From assembly GCF_006345805.1 (NCBI RefSeq), contig NC_042999.1, positions 75,640,001-75,704,000 of the forward strand: a stretch of DNA of 64,000 nucleotides, written 5' to 3'. Below the pieces are notes generated by a model. The model made no database searches, was not told the origin of the DNA, and saw nothing but the letters and a program-made list of their open reading frames with translations. Source of the stretch: Octopus sinensis. Lineage: Eukaryota. This document shows, in pieces, positions 50,641 to 64,000 of the stretch. The translations under genes and the position numbers were made by a program. The number at the start of each line of letters is the position of its first letter. Within the stretch, counting starts at the first letter, position 1.

Positions 50641-51430
50641 CTGAAGGCTTCTGTAATTTGCCAAAGGACCTACCTCAGTGCCCTACAAGATAGAGCCACT
50701 GTTCGGAGAAAACGACTCACTGATTGCAAAGCCTCTAAATAAACAGCTTGCTGCTTGCTTCATGCTCTTGCTTGATGTTAGTGGCCCCAGTGACGTCATC
50801 ATGCGTAGAACCGAACAGGCCCTCCAGTACTTTCCATCGATGGTGATCCGTGCAGCCACTCTATATCCTTCAAAGTAACACCTTCTCCACCGGCGACTTG
50901 GTGTGTTAAGCTGCCAGCCCAGGCTTCGCTGCACGTCAGGTTGAGAAAGACAAACTGTCAAAGTATTCGGCCGCTCTCTGACAGGTTTGTGATCGAGCCT
51001 ATGGCAGTAGAGATCTCCGGACCACATCCCTGCTCATTGCTACCGAGGCAGAGATGGCTAACCGCAAAAGCGAGCTCCGTGAGTCACAGTGGCTGTTCCA
51101 ACATATCTCTTCGTCATCCTCCGATGTAATACCTTGTCCATTTCGTCTGCTGGGACCTTGAGGCAAACTAACAAGCTTTTTTTCTTTTTGTTAGATATTA
51201 CTGGTTCTCTATTGTTTTATTTCCAACTTTTCCAAAAAGAAAAAATATTATTACCTTGAAATAAAATTAATTAGCAGAGTCCACTTAATTGCTATCATTC
51301 GAGCCAGGCTCCGGCTTGAGAATAATTTCCTTTCTCCTTCCAAATAGTTTTGGTCTCACTCTAACGATTCAGGGGAAGTGCCACTTGTCTAAAAGATTCT
51401 TTAGATAAATATTAACCCGAACATTACACG

Positions 51431-51595
51431 GAGAGCTGGAAGAATTGTTAGCACATCGTTAGCGCATCGAGTTCAAATTCCGCTGAAGTCGACTTTGCCT
51501 TTCATCCTTTGTAGGTCTTTAAAATAACTAATTGAAAACTGGGATTGTTGTAATCAACTTAGCCCATCCACACCCCAAACTTTGAAACTAATATT
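51431..51595 (+). mobile_element. SINE family B, degenerate
   Basis: gagctgg..gaattgttagcac, gagttcaaattccgctgaagtcgactttgcctttcatcc. Confidence 0.75.
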
Positions 51596-51742
51596 AAACC
51601 AAACATTAATTGTTTACATTTCATAAGGAATGTTATTAAGGGGAAGGAACTTACGTCTTATAAATTCTGGTTATTTCCCTTGGTTGCGATTATAATTTAT
51701 TTATTGCAACATTAGTTTAAAGTTAGCTACATAATAATTTTT

Positions 51743-51902
51743 GACGAAAATATTTGACAAATTAAATTTAAATGTTGAAGTGAATCTAACGGTTTTGTGT
51801 GTTTCTTAAATGACTTATAAACACCTTCCACGCTGCAATTGTTTTCGTTCCAGCACACGATCTCAGATCAAGTCACTCGCTATGCAAGTACATCTCCGTA
51901 AT
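51743..51902 (+). mobile_element. Second, 5'-truncated copy of the 34098-34267 element
   Basis: gacgaaaatatttgacaaa...catctccgtaat; starts just before the GAAA of the HHR motif. Confidence 0.9.
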
Positions 51903-52245
51903 TTTTAAATAGTTTTCAAGTACTAATATTTATATGTCTTGTAAAAATGTTTAGTTTTGTGTCTATGTTAGAAATTACTAATTCAATAATAAGTAATTCA
52001 CTCATTTGTTACGTATCTCAGTTAAGCTTCGAAGCACTATTGACTGCGATAAATATTTATAGGTAATCGCATTGAGGAAACTCTGTATCCTGACAATTTT
52101 GTTGCGGCGTAGAACCCTGTGCTACAGCACCCATTTTTATCAATGTGAAATTCCATTATGCCAAATGTATTTCTTATTGAAAAGCGAATGAGAAATACGT
52201 ATTGGAATTTTACTTTGCCACAAGATTTTCAGTAACACAAGAGGT

Positions 52246-52280
<35 letters not shown>

Positions 52281-52284
<4 letters not shown>

Positions 52285-52624
52285 CGTAACTTAAGAGAGT
52301 TTACCTAGATAGGTTAAATCTAGTGCTAGAAACAGCTCCTCTGGTATAATCCGCATGGGTAATTCGTCGCCCGTGTAGGTCTGATATATTGCATCGACAA
52401 ATGTTGCTGACGATTCATAGACAGATATGTGAGTATAATTTGCATATTATGTTGATGAAGAAACAATTGTACAACATTAATCCATTTTTTAGTTGTATTT
52501 CATTTTCTTTACGTTGAAAGTAGTGCTATTACTGTGTGGAGTTATCGTCGGCGATTATACCAGAGGAGCTATTTCTAGCACTAGAGTTAACCTATCTAGG
52601 TAAACTCTCTTATATTTACGGATG
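52281..52624. mobile_element. MITE with ~71-bp TIRs
   Basis: catccgtaa...ctggtataatc (52281-52351) versus gattataccag...ttacggatg (52553-52624); preceded by TA. Confidence 0.85.
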
Positions 52625-52722
52625 AGTATATTGTCTCCCTGGTTTTGTTGTGCTAGGTCGCCTGGTTTTAAAACAAGGGTATTATTAAATTAATATCTAA
52701 TTTTTTTCACCCTCATTTTTGA

Positions 52723-52762
<40 letters not shown>

Positions 52763-53089
52763 AGTACGCAACAGGAATATCTTCGGTAACTTGGTACTAT
52801 CGTTTCACGTATATATATAATGATATGCAAATTTACCATTATAAAGTTATCAAATAAGAATAGAAATACAACATAAGTAAACCGTAAAAAAGAAAAAAAA
52901 GCTTCGAGCACTTTATTGAGAGAAAGTTAAGTTATTGTTGTTTCAAATTAAAAAAAACTAATGTTGTTACTTCAGTTACTCAGTAAATAACGGATTGCCG
53001 CATTGCAGTCACTTTACTGAAAAATACTTTTTTTATGAATCCCCGCGTGACTTTTAAGACATCATCTTGCCTGTTAAGAGTTGGACACG

Positions 53090-53800
53090 AGATTTCTTTT
53101 AAGGTGGTGAGTTATCATGCTTCCATTGCTTCGACTGGACTTTAGTCGCAGGATTATAATGATGGACCCATGTTTCATCCAGTGTGATAAGTCCGCCGGA
53201 AAAATCTTTGTCAAAAGAGTTTAGGAGCAATTGACTCGTTCCTTCTTCTGAAAAATGTGTGAGCATCCGGGGAATCCCTCGTGCAGACAACTTCCGCGTG
53301 TGCAAATGGTCGTGAATGATTTTTTTCCACGGACCCTTCACTTATCTTCACTTTTTGGGTTAGTTGCCGAATAGTTATGCGATGATCCTTCAAAATGGCG
53401 GCTTACACTTTATGGATGATGTCATCATCAGTGTCGGAATGTGGTCGACCAGAAATAGGAACAGTTTCTGCCGATGTCAGACCACATTTGAATTGATAAT
53501 GCTAGTGCTTGATTACGTCGTATGACGGTGCATCGTCACCATAAACTTCTTTCATCTCATCAAAAGTCTCTTTTGGTGCGCAACTTTTCATGCATAAGAA
53601 CCTAATCACTGATCTGCTTCAACTGCCTCCATTATAACACCTTAGTCCACTTCAGCAGCCGTAAAAGGCAAACGAATACTAGTGGAAAGCTGCAATTTAC
53701 ATGTGACATGTAGAGACATATATAATTATACCTGCACAAGTTCTGATTCCTGTGATAACCGAAAGTGGGTCAGGGGAAAACTTTAAGGTACAACCTACGT
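53090..53800 (-). mobile_element. Mariner relic, 5' half, related to the 15543 element
   Basis: Subterminal cccctgacccac; MEAVE..SVIRFL...EVYGDDAPSYD...SGRP...IIHDHLHTRKLSARGIPRMLT...ITLDETWVHHYNP. Confidence 0.88.
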
Positions 53801-53807
53801 GTGTAGG

Positions 53808-53852
<45 letters not shown>

Positions 53853-53854
53853 AT

Positions 53855-53888
<34 letters not shown>

Positions 53889-54167
53889 TGCATATACACA
53901 TGCTATTAACGCAGAGTAAACGAAACAGGCACAACTGAAGATGGGGAATATTCCTTGTGTTGTATGTCTTGTACTATTATTTCGTTGTTTGAAAAAAAGT
54001 TCGTTTCCATGTTTTTGTTTTTATGTTTTCGTTTCTCATTGTGTTCAACGTCTTTCTTTTTTTTTGATATCCTGTACTCATATATGCATGTATATATACA
54101 TGTAGATGTAGGTACGTACATATATGTATGTATATATGCATATATTTATATATTATTTATATTATAT

Positions 54168-54198
<31 letters not shown>

Positions 54199-54259
54199 CA
54201 AATCAATTCAAGCAAACCCAACAGGTCAAAACGGTATATATTTTCCCACCCCTCTTAAA

Positions 54260-54472
54260 CGCTGTAGTCCAGAATCGTAGCAGAATCGTTAGCACGCCAG
54301 GTAGAATACTTTAGTGGCATTTCGTCCGCTTTACGTTCTGAGTTCAAATACCGCTGCCTCTCATCCTTTCGGGATCGATAAAGTAAGTACCAGTTGAGCT
54401 CCGAGAACAATGTAATCGACTTACTCATTCTGCCAAAGTTGCCGACCTTGTGTCAAAATTTAAAACCAATAT
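54260..54472 (+). mobile_element. SINE family B
   Basis: gcagaatcgttagcacgcc...gttctgagttcaaataccgc...cgataaagtaagtaccagttg. Confidence 0.8.
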
Positions 54473-55044
54473 TATCACTTCATTCGCTACTTCAAATATA
54501 TCTCCATACGTTTTAACTGGATTACAATAGCAAGATTGATACAAGATTTACTAAGTCATATGGCATGTCATCTGTAGTTCTTTGCCTTTGAGAAATTTGT
54601 TGAATTTATATTGTTGCAAATATCATCATGAAATCGAATGGCTACGTCTAACTTCAGAACATCCTCCTTAGTTTCCCACCAAGGGTCTACCATTAGATTC
54701 CATTACTTAGATCGGAATGTTTAAATCCGCCCGCGCAATTTCAGCGTGTGCTATCAGGATTCTCTTCGACCCTATTCTGGAGTACAAACGGTTCAGTAAT
54801 GTTCCCACATTCTACTATATCTACATAAATGACTTACTGTTTTCTTTAAGAACACACAAATACGTATACCATCCTTCGCTCTTTCTTAACTGTCCACAAT
54901 CAAATACTATCCACGCAGGACCTGAAAGCAAGCAATACTTCTCTAAGAAATGACCTTGACAACTGTGGTTGAAGGGTATATAAAACATTCTCTTTCAATA
55001 GCACAATGCCACAATCATTGCATATTATATAAAATAAAATAGTA

Positions 55045-55566
55045 CCCTAAATCCTCGAGTATAATCCGCAGTTTTTCACCAAAATTTACAGGTCAAAATC
55101 CTTAGTGCGTACTATATACGCGGTTAAAAATGAAAAATACTTTCTAAGCAATTTCCGAGTCTCTATTTACTGTCCGGCAATGTTTATTCAGACGCATTTT
55201 GTAATGTCGGCCGCGAAAATACCTTAAGCTAAGCCTGAAAGCAATGAAGTCATAAAAGAATCATCCATAACTTGCAGTAAGCGACATTTATTAAAATAAA
55301 AGTATTCAGAACACAGAATAACACGTAACAAAAACAATTTGCAAACATATTAACATTCCCATATTACAGTTAAAAACATCACCATTATTGCATTACGCAT
55401 GCGCGGAAGTGTTTGTTCGACTAGGTGCTGCTGGCTTAATTACGCACGACTCAAGTTAGAGAAAAGGTGCGTATTATACACAAGGTTTAGGTTTTTCAGA
55501 GGTACAGCCCCCTAAAAATTGCCTGCGTATTATACTGAAGGGCGGACTATACTCGATGATTTACGG
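55045..55566. mobile_element. MITE with CC(G)TAAATCCTCGAGTATA-type TIRs (pogo-like)
   Basis: TA|ccctaaatcctcgagtataatccgc ... gcggactatactcgatgatttacgg. The superfamily assignment is inference. Confidence 0.75.
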
Positions 55567-55869
55567 TTTCATATCCTCTTTATAATAAGCAACGCATAAT
55601 TGAAATATTCAAGGTCATAACGACTTATGTAAATCTCATAATCTCCGATGATTTGTTTCGGAAAACCTACAGATTTAACATTACCGAAACCGTATCACAA
55701 GCAACGACCAGAATTCGTTTTTCGACTATGTAGAGACAGTATAACTGACAAACATACAGTTATTACTGAATGTATACAAAAGAAGACCAAAAGCGTTATA
55801 GCCACTTATCACAAAGCGTGGTTCCTTATTTTCAGCTGTTCCTTTGATGTAGCAAATCTACGCGCACAT

Positions 55870-55905
<36 letters not shown>

Positions 55906-57599
55906 TCATACACAAGCGAACACAGGCATGTATGTGTGTATGTAGGTTTATATTTGAGTAACTGAAGGCAATTGAACGATATCTTGGTTAATATTGATGT
56001 CAAAATATAGGCATACATCGTCTTGCTATTGATTTTTACATAAATATTCACTTATGAGATGCAAACACAACTAGAGAGGAAAATTTTTGACTTCGATGTT
56101 CATAAATAGCATGCACGATCTTCCCGAGATAAAAAAAAAAATGAGAAAAAGAATAATAAATCCCATACTATGAGTAAACGTATCTCAAAAATAGGAATAA
56201 GTTGCTTCCCTTAGATCATACAATAGTTATCTCCCTTCTCAGTTTGATTAATTTATAACTAGAAAAGATTCAATACAACATCGTCAAATGAAGCTTAACA
56301 GATTAAATATCTGATTGTTTTTGTTCTTGCTGTTGCTCAATTTTACGAAAACAAATCGATCTTTCATTATATCCTACTAAATGTAAATATCCTTTTAATC
56401 TATCATATACAGTGAAACAAATTAATGATTTAATGAAATATAGGATTCAATGAAACATGAAGGGATAAGATTCTATCTCACAGAGCTCTTTTACTCTACT
56501 CTTTTACTTGTTTCAGTCATTTGACACTAGCCATGCTGGAGCATAATTTTTTTTTAAACACTTAATTAACAGGGCTCGTGCATGAATTAGGAAACAGTAT
56601 GTCCATATAAAATGCCACTACAGATAGACTAAGTCAGCATACTTACTTAATGGGACAGTAATCTGTCCCATTAAGCGAGAGAACGGATAGATTATGACGT
56701 AATATAATGGACAAATCAGTTATGACTTTTCTGCAAGTTCAGGTGTCTGATTTTCTTTGATTGGCTCATTTAGTTTTTGTTTCTTTTAGTTCCCCTACAA
56801 ATTGTGGTAAGTACATAACCAAAATTTGGGAACAAAGTTTTATAAAGGTACAAATAACACACAAACTGATATTCACTTCATTGTGAAGTTGTTAGCAACA
56901 GTAATTAAATGCCATAAGGTATTTTGTCCGACGCACTACCGATTCGACTGATAGCTGCTATTGTTTCGAGTTTATGTTCCCGTCGAGTCAAGTATAGGAC
57001 TCCACCTTCGATTCTTGATTTAGCAACAACGAGAATTTTAATGGATTTAACATAGGTTTACCGGTGATAAAGGCATGAACATCACATAATCTTATGTTCT
57101 CTTCTGTATAAACGGTACATTATTATGTCTAAAAGTTGTATCTATAAACTCAAAACGAAGTTTAACCTCAGCTCAATAAATACATTTAAAAATAAGAAAA
57201 AAACCGAATCAACCGAGATCAAGATTTAGTTTCGATTCCCAAATTTGCAAAAATACGATTTTTACATTTTATGCATGCAGCGATTTGGCAGATCTGTTAC
57301 TATGTAGGACAATGCCTTGTGGTATTTGTTCTGGATAAATATTCTGTGTTCAAATGTCACCAAGTTTGACTTTGCCGTTCATCTTTTCAGGAACGATAAA
57401 ATAAGGTATCAGTCTCAAGCGATGGAATTCTTAGTACCGGATGAGATACCATGTGGTATTCGTTCCGTCTCTTTGAGTTCTGAGTTCCAACAGGTAAACT
57501 TAATCCGTCACTCGGTTTGATACTACCATCTGGTGGTCCTTGGGTATCTTTAACAGGGTTCAGCCCTCCCGTCCGACTTGGAAGTTGCTTAAAATAAAG

Positions 57600-57830
57600 T
57601 ATCATGGCTGCTGTCTTCCCTCTCTGCAAGTCTGCGCCGTGTTTTTTGAAGGTTGGTGTTTATTACTATTGCTTGTGTGTTGTTTACTGTTGTATTTTTG
57701 TTATTGACCTGTTGTTAAATTGTTTGTATTGTTTTGTTGAAAACAATCTTGTTATCTGCCGAGGGCAGACTTGTGTTTCGTTGTTTTACCCCCTTGTGGA
57801 TAAACCCACTGGAAAAAAAATTATTTGTGC
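57600..57830 (+). mobile_element. Probable L1/Tx1 3' UTR fragment
   Basis: GT-rich UTR ending ccccttgtggataaa...aaaaaaaa; directly upstream of a Tx1 5' end. Confidence 0.4.
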
Positions 57831-57831
57831 A

Positions 57832-57859
<28 letters not shown>

Positions 57860-57867
<8 letters not shown>

Positions 57868-58040
57868 AATCACGTGACCGACCAGGCTATCAGATGTTGC
57901 TACACATCGCTGGTCACAATGCGCTTTGCATTGTTTTAGCCATCAAGTGACGCTGGCTAAGCGAGGAGGCCAAGAGAAGGAAGAGTGAGAGAAAGTTGTG
58001 GCGAAAGAATACAGCAGAGATCGTCACCATCCCCTGCCGG
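57860..58040 (-). mobile_element. 3' part of another SINE family, fused to a Tx1 ORF1 fragment
   Basis: gtgaccgaccaggctatcagatgttg...gatcgtcaccatcccctgccgg, recalled as a common octopod repeat; switches at 58040 to ORF1 sequence. Confidence 0.5.
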
Positions 58041-58106
58041 AACCTGTCCTTTCCCAACAGTCCTACAGCAAAACAAATGCCCAGTCCAAGTCCCACCTAT
58101 CCCCGG

Positions 58107-58161
<55 letters not shown>

Positions 58162-58217
58162 TAATATATATATATATATTATTATTATTATTATTATTAT
58201 CATTTGTGCCAAATATA

Positions 58218-60890
58218 ATGGATAAATCACCAATTAAAAAACGGCTGGAAGCCACTAAAACTTCAAGCAATGGTAACAGTTACGGACCAAGCACAAGTAA
58301 GACTGCATTATCAAAGGAACTAAGGAGGATGCCTACGACTAAAGAGCTTATGTAAGGTAAAACTCTCACACAAGCTACAGGTATAAAAATAGAACATGTT
58401 ATATGGAAAGTAAGACTTAGCGAAGTTCAAAGGAATGATACAAAGGGAGGGGGACGAAGTTAAAGTTGCCCTTCCCAGGGAAATCGACCACAAAGCGCCA
58501 CGTAGCACTGTAATATACAAAACTTTTGTAACCAAGTTGAAAAAACTGGACATAGCAGCCAAAGAGTAGTGGAGTGTTACTTGAGACCTATATGGAAGAA
58601 CATAGAGTTCGTAACACGTGGTCAAAGATTTGCGACAATTGAAGTACGTTTTCGATCAGAGGAGAAAGCCAAGTAAGCGTCCACCAGTCCGTTAAAAAGG
58701 GCAGAAGTCGTGCTCCTGCCCACGTATTTCGGAAGTCGTACTTTCAAGATCTTGGTAGGAGGATTGCCACCAGAGGTGGATCCTGCTTGGTTTGTAGCTG
58801 CAATCACTACAGGCCTAGATGATAAAATTACAATCCTCCAGGCACAAGCTACCGAATCAACATTGGCAGGGGCAGAGCCTTGAACTTATTGATTCAGGCT
58901 GCCCCTGCATATTTAGAAAACATTATCGATATAATTTAGATGGAGGAAGTGAGACTACGTGTAATAGTCGAGGGAGGAAGCCCCAATGCTTCAAATGTGG
59001 CCAAAAAGGCTACATAAGATCGGAGTGCAAACTCCCCCCAGAAAAGAAACCCACCTGAAAAAGAAACGGAAAATTCGGAGGAGAAAAGCGAAAAACCAGA
59101 GTCCGAGACAGAGAGCGAGAAGGAACTTGAACAAGAAGCGGGGTGGGAAAATGTCGGAAAAAGAAAAGGAGAAAAGGAAAAGAACCTGTCCTTTCCCAAC
59201 AGTCCTACAGCAAAACAAAAAAGAAAAAAAAGAAAAGAAAAAAGTTACAATCATAACCAGAAACAAATGCTCAGTCCGAGTCCCACCTATCCCACGCAGA
59301 CATAAACTACACGGCAGTGGCCGCAAGAAATCCTAAACTTTTGCAAGAACTAAGAGATACGGTAAACACACATGACATCACGCAAAAAATTGGAAAAGCG
59401 ATACCTAATGAAATTCTTATATTCGCAATAACTAGAGACAATTATATAAGCTTTAAAAAATATGATAAAGATATAGGGCTCTTGAGGAAGGAATTTTCTT
59501 CACAAATTTATGAGGGCCTCATAGATATTACCACGCAAGCCCCGGATAAAGAAGAGGAAGAACAGGAGGGGGTGATTATATAAATTCTTTCAATGGACAC
59601 TCTTAATGTTGGATGCATAAACGTACGCGGCCTGAGGTCGACTTGGAAACAAACCCGTTTCCTACATGACCTCAGTCGCTACAGTGTCTAGGTTGAGCAG
59701 TCAGAGGGATTTCTCTCCCTTCCTAAATAGCTACGAGAAAATTATTTCTCCATGCCCACCTGGAGTGGGGGAGGTGTCACAGTACTATTCGGGAAAAACC
59801 TGGGCGTTAAGGTAAAAACAATTTTCATCGACCCGGAGGACAGGCTGGTCGTCGCAGACGTGACGTGCTGCGGTAAGTCTTTCAGGTTGGTAGATATTTA
59901 CGTCCCTGCGAAAGGTGCAGGTAAAGGTGCAGGTGCAGGTAAGGGGGGATAGTGTAGACAATTTTAGGCTCATCACTCTGCTAAACACAGAGATGAAGAT
60001 TTGGGCCAAGGCGTTAGCAAAAAGGTTGGCCCATGTCGTGGAGAGACTCGTCAGGGAGGCACAAACATGTGCCGTTCCTGGCAGATCCATACACGACAAT
60101 CTCCAGCTTATACGCTACACCTTAGAGAGGGTTAGTGGAGTTACTGGCAAGAGTGGGGCACTGGTACATTTAGACGTGTCTAAAGCGTTCGATAGGGTTG
60201 ACCATTGGAACCTGGTGACGGTCCTCGCGGCTTTCGGGCTTGGCCCCATCTTCCGCAGCTGGATCATAACTATGTATAGTAACATTGACTCGATCGTTCG
60301 GGTGAGCGGTTTCTTTTCGGATCCGGTCAACATCAAGTGCTCTGTTCATCAAGGATGTCCACTCCCTCCCCTTCTGTATGTTTTGGCTCTTGAGTCTTTG
60401 CTGCGGAGGTCGAAGGGACCAAGGGGCATCCCGTGCGATCTAGGTTATGGGAGGGCGGTCACGGTGCTTGCGGATGACATCACCTTCATCGTGTTCAAGG
60501 TGGATCTCCTACAGATTGTGGGAGAAGCCGGTGGTTGGAGCTAAAATTAACCGTGAAAAATCAATCGGCCTGCAACTCAGCACTTAAAGAGGCAAGTCGA
60601 TGCCTTCCAACAGCGTCGTAGGGCGCTGGACGGAAGGGCCGGTTAAAATGCTAGGGGATTGGTATAGACCGGTCCTCCAGATAGAGAAGAATTGGGGCGA
60701 GGTGGTGAGCAAGGTGATTTACCTAATTCAGACCTGGTCTGAGCGGATGTTATCCTTGAAAGTGAGGGTGGAGGTCGGAGTGGTGCTTATCGCTTCTGTG
60801 ATTACCAACCGCCTAACTGTCGTGCCTTGTCTCATTCCGTGGCTGAACAAGTTGGAACGGCTCCTTTTCCGCTTTATGTGGGAGGGTAAT
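58218..60890 (+). mobile_element. L1/Tx1-clade LINE: ORF1 (58218-59583) and internally deleted, 3'-truncated ORF2 (59593-~60890)
   Basis: ORF1 knuckle CFKCGQKGYIRSEC; APE MDTLNVGCINVRGL; RT NFRLITLLNTEMKI, LDVSKAFDRVDH, QGCPLPPLLY, LADDIT, KINREKS. APE and RT are joined near 59905-59950. Confidence 0.9.
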
Positions 60891-61114
60891 GGTCAATTGC
60901 ATTGTCTAAACTGTGAAACATATCTCTTTTATCTAAAAAGAAAAAAATTGATCGAATTTCTGCTTAACAATTATTAATATTTAAATTTAATTCCACGTGT
61001 TTCGTTAATACGCACGAGAAATAATTTCAATTTATCCTCCTTTATTTTCATTCTTATATAAGAAAAAAATGCACGTAAAGAAGGAAACAACGAAAGTCAT
61101 GGTGTGATTGCAAG

Positions 61115-61470
61115 ACATATTTGTTTAATAAAATATTTAAATGATGCTGTTGTGAGTTCAAATTCCGCCGAAGTCGACTTCGCCTCTCGGGGTCGATAAA
61201 TTAAGTACTAGTTGTGTACTGGTGTCAATCAAGTCGACTCGACCCCTCCCCAAAAATTTCGGGCTTTGTACCTAGAGTAGAAAAGTCATACTTGTCTAAT
61301 ACGACATTATTTGAATGATGCTGTTGTGAGTTCAAATTCCGCCGAAGTCGGCTTTGCCTTTCAGCCTTTCAGTGTCGATAGAATAAATACCAGATGAATA
61401 CTGGAAGCAATGTAATCGACTTAATCCCTCCCACGAAATTGCGAGCCGTGTGCCAAAATTTGAAACTAAT
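61115..61470 (+). mobile_element. Two tandem 5'-truncated SINE-B copies sharing a 5' flank
   Basis: Both begin aatgatgctgttgtgagttcaaattccgccgaagtcg (~61139 and ~61314) and then carry different 3' tails. Confidence 0.8.
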
Positions 61471-62476
61471 GTTTGAATGACGTCTCTCTATGACAGGGTC
61501 ACTTACCGTGTCTGAAAAACATATTTTTGATTGATAGAAAAGACTGCTCAGAACTGTTGTCCAAAATTTTCAGCATTTTCATACAATAACCCTAAACATT
61601 TCTTATATTCTGAGGTAATTAAAACCCGCCATTAATTTGAAGTGGTCAAGCACGTTTGGAAGATGTCTATTGAACCATTGTCGACGAAGATTTTTCTTTC
61701 TTTCTTTCTTTTAATCTATGATTTAAATATTAGTCAAGACAGTGACGGGCTGTAACAATGATATAGGCAACCGCATTCCCCACTAATGAAACGGTTTCTC
61801 TTCTGCTTTGAACGGTTGTAAGCTGATGTCTCTCGAAAACAAAAGTGGGGATGGTTAAAGAAGGTAAAGTTCTTAAAGCTGAATCTGAGTAGGGGTGATG
61901 AGAAGAGAAGAGATGAGAAGAAATATTTCAAGAAGAGAGATTATCTGTCAAGTGGGACTGAACGGAAATGATGTGCAACAAACTAGTTCATAAGCACAGA
62001 GGTCGTTGGAGAAGCAATAAATAAGACAAGTAGTGATAGGATATATAACACTTCTGAGGGTCAAAGGTTGTAGCATATCGACCCGAAGGCATGATAATGA
62101 TACTTGCTCAACGTGAAACTTATAGATATGTGGAGACAGATACACGGATACATAAAGTATACTGTGAGTCGGTCTGGGAATGTGATGTGATGTGTGTGTG
62201 TGTGTGTGTGTGCATGTGTATGTCCGTGCATGTATATATATATGAATATATTTAAGTACGTAGAGAAGTGAAATGAAAAAGTGGGTATATTATTGTATGC
62301 ACTTCTTTAATGTAAATCAGCTGCAGCCGTTTACTTGCATTTCTGAAAGGTTTTACCTCAATATATTGATTTCAGTAGATTTATCTATCAAGATTAAGAT
62401 GCTATCGTATTACTTGCGATAGCATCGTCTCTCTCTCTCTCTTCTCTTACTTTTTCTTTCATACATACATATACAT

Positions 62477-62514
<38 letters not shown>

Positions 62515-63582
62515 ACACGCGCGCGCGCGCAGACATATATACTCCGTGAGAATGAATTAACCCAGTTAGCTTGGATAATGTTATTGAAGCATTACAAAAT
62601 GTTTGCATTGTAATGAATGTGTACTCTATAGACAGTAAGAGGTAAGTACATTGAGAGGTGAGTTCTTTTATGTCGGTGCACACCAATTCCTTTCGTTTAT
62701 CAGATCTATAAAACTAATCCGGAAGGAGGAGCTGTGCTGCGAACCGTGAAACGATCGCAATCGTCCAAAACAATGAAATGTGTATGAATGGGTGTAAATA
62801 ACATCGTTGACAAGTAGAGGTTCTGTTTTTCATTGTGTGTATGCGTCTATGCGTATGTGTGATTTTTATGTATATGTACGCGAAGCCACGTTGGACAAAG
62901 CGCTTCAGATTTGTTTGTAGAGTGAGTATGAGATGTGGCATGCAGTGCATGGCTTTGTCTGAGCGTAAAGGTTTCCGCTTACCCTTGTCTTGTTGATGAA
63001 TAAATAATATTGTTGAATTTTTTTCTTCATTTGATATGAAACAAGATTTTTTCGTCTAGCTAGAAGTGGTGTATAGTTAACTTCTTCGCTTCCTCTACTT
63101 TTAGGATGTTTTTTGTCTTAAAAACTCAGGGAACATAAGGATCTCGTCATCCCAAGTGAGTGTCTATAAATTATCAATAAATAAATAAATAAATAAACAT
63201 ATAATAATAAATCACTAAACAATTCTGGTTAATGCCAATGTTTTAAGGTGCAAGCTTGGCTGTGTGGTTAAGAAGTTAAGAAATTACGTGTTCGACTTGT
63301 AGTTGCATCGACTAAAGTTTTCAGTGAAATTTAGTGGAAAATAAATTGCTCAAAACGTGTCGCGCGCGCGCGTGTCCCCACAGCTGTTCTCCTCTAATTA
63401 TCAGACCGTCATTTTCTTATTGGCAAATTAGTTTCAGAGAATCCTTGAGTATTTAATATATCTCTTGGACATAATTGCCACCAGCCATCCGCTTTACCTT
63501 CTATAGAAGCGAAGAAAATTCTATTAAACAAAGAATTAATCTTGCATAGTATTTTGATATACCTTTATACCTTTATTCATCT

Positions 63583-63683
<101 letters not shown>

Positions 63684-63699
63684 GGAGATAGATAGATAG

Positions 63700-64000
63700 T
63701 TAGATAGAAATATCATAATTCATTCGAGCTGAAAGAAAAACAATGCATCAGCCTCAATAAAGCAGTATTTTACTCTACATTTGGTATTCGAGGACTATTG
63801 CTGACAATAGACCTGAACATTGATTGTTGCATTAGGTGGTAACAATTCAAAGTGAATTATTCCTTTGCAATCCCACTAGAAAGGTTCTTCTCTCTATCTG
63901 ATGTCAACTCGGGATTTGCGGTTGTTTTCGGACAATTCATGAGGCACCTATTTCCTAAGTTTAGGAACCTTTCCATGTTGTTGAAGATGACGATGAATAG
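63700..64000 (-). pseudogene. Mariner transposase fragment (catalytic-domain region), runs off the window end
   Basis: WDCKGIIHFELLPPNATINVQVYCQQ. Confidence 0.8.

Overview
AT-rich, microsatellite-dense eukaryotic DNA with no supportable host protein-coding gene, rRNA, true tRNA or CRISPR array. The SINE families and repeat landscape suggest a coleoid cephalopod, probably Octopus (inference from pattern recall, not a database result). Almost all recognisable content is transposon-derived. It includes several Penelope-like element (PLE) relics of at least two sub-types, two R4/Dong-clade RLE retrotransposons (one with a near-intact ~765-codon RT-RLE frame), an RTE 5' end, CR1 relics, an L1/Tx1 element, mariner and maT relics, MITEs, non-autonomous Helitrons and many tRNA-derived SINEs. 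The most notable observations are: (i) type I hammerhead ribozyme (HHR) motifs with palindromic stem III in PLE-type repeats, one with a swapped G3-C8 core; (ii) a ~5 kb nest of four different same-orientation insertions in (TAA)n tracts; (iii) a twin-priming-like PLE inversion; (iv) a ~400-bp-arm foldback element split by a mariner; and (v) several near-perfect hairpins. Most ORFs in the supplied track are microsatellite artefacts. Coordinates were read by eye and may be off by a few bases, and identity percentages are visual estimates.
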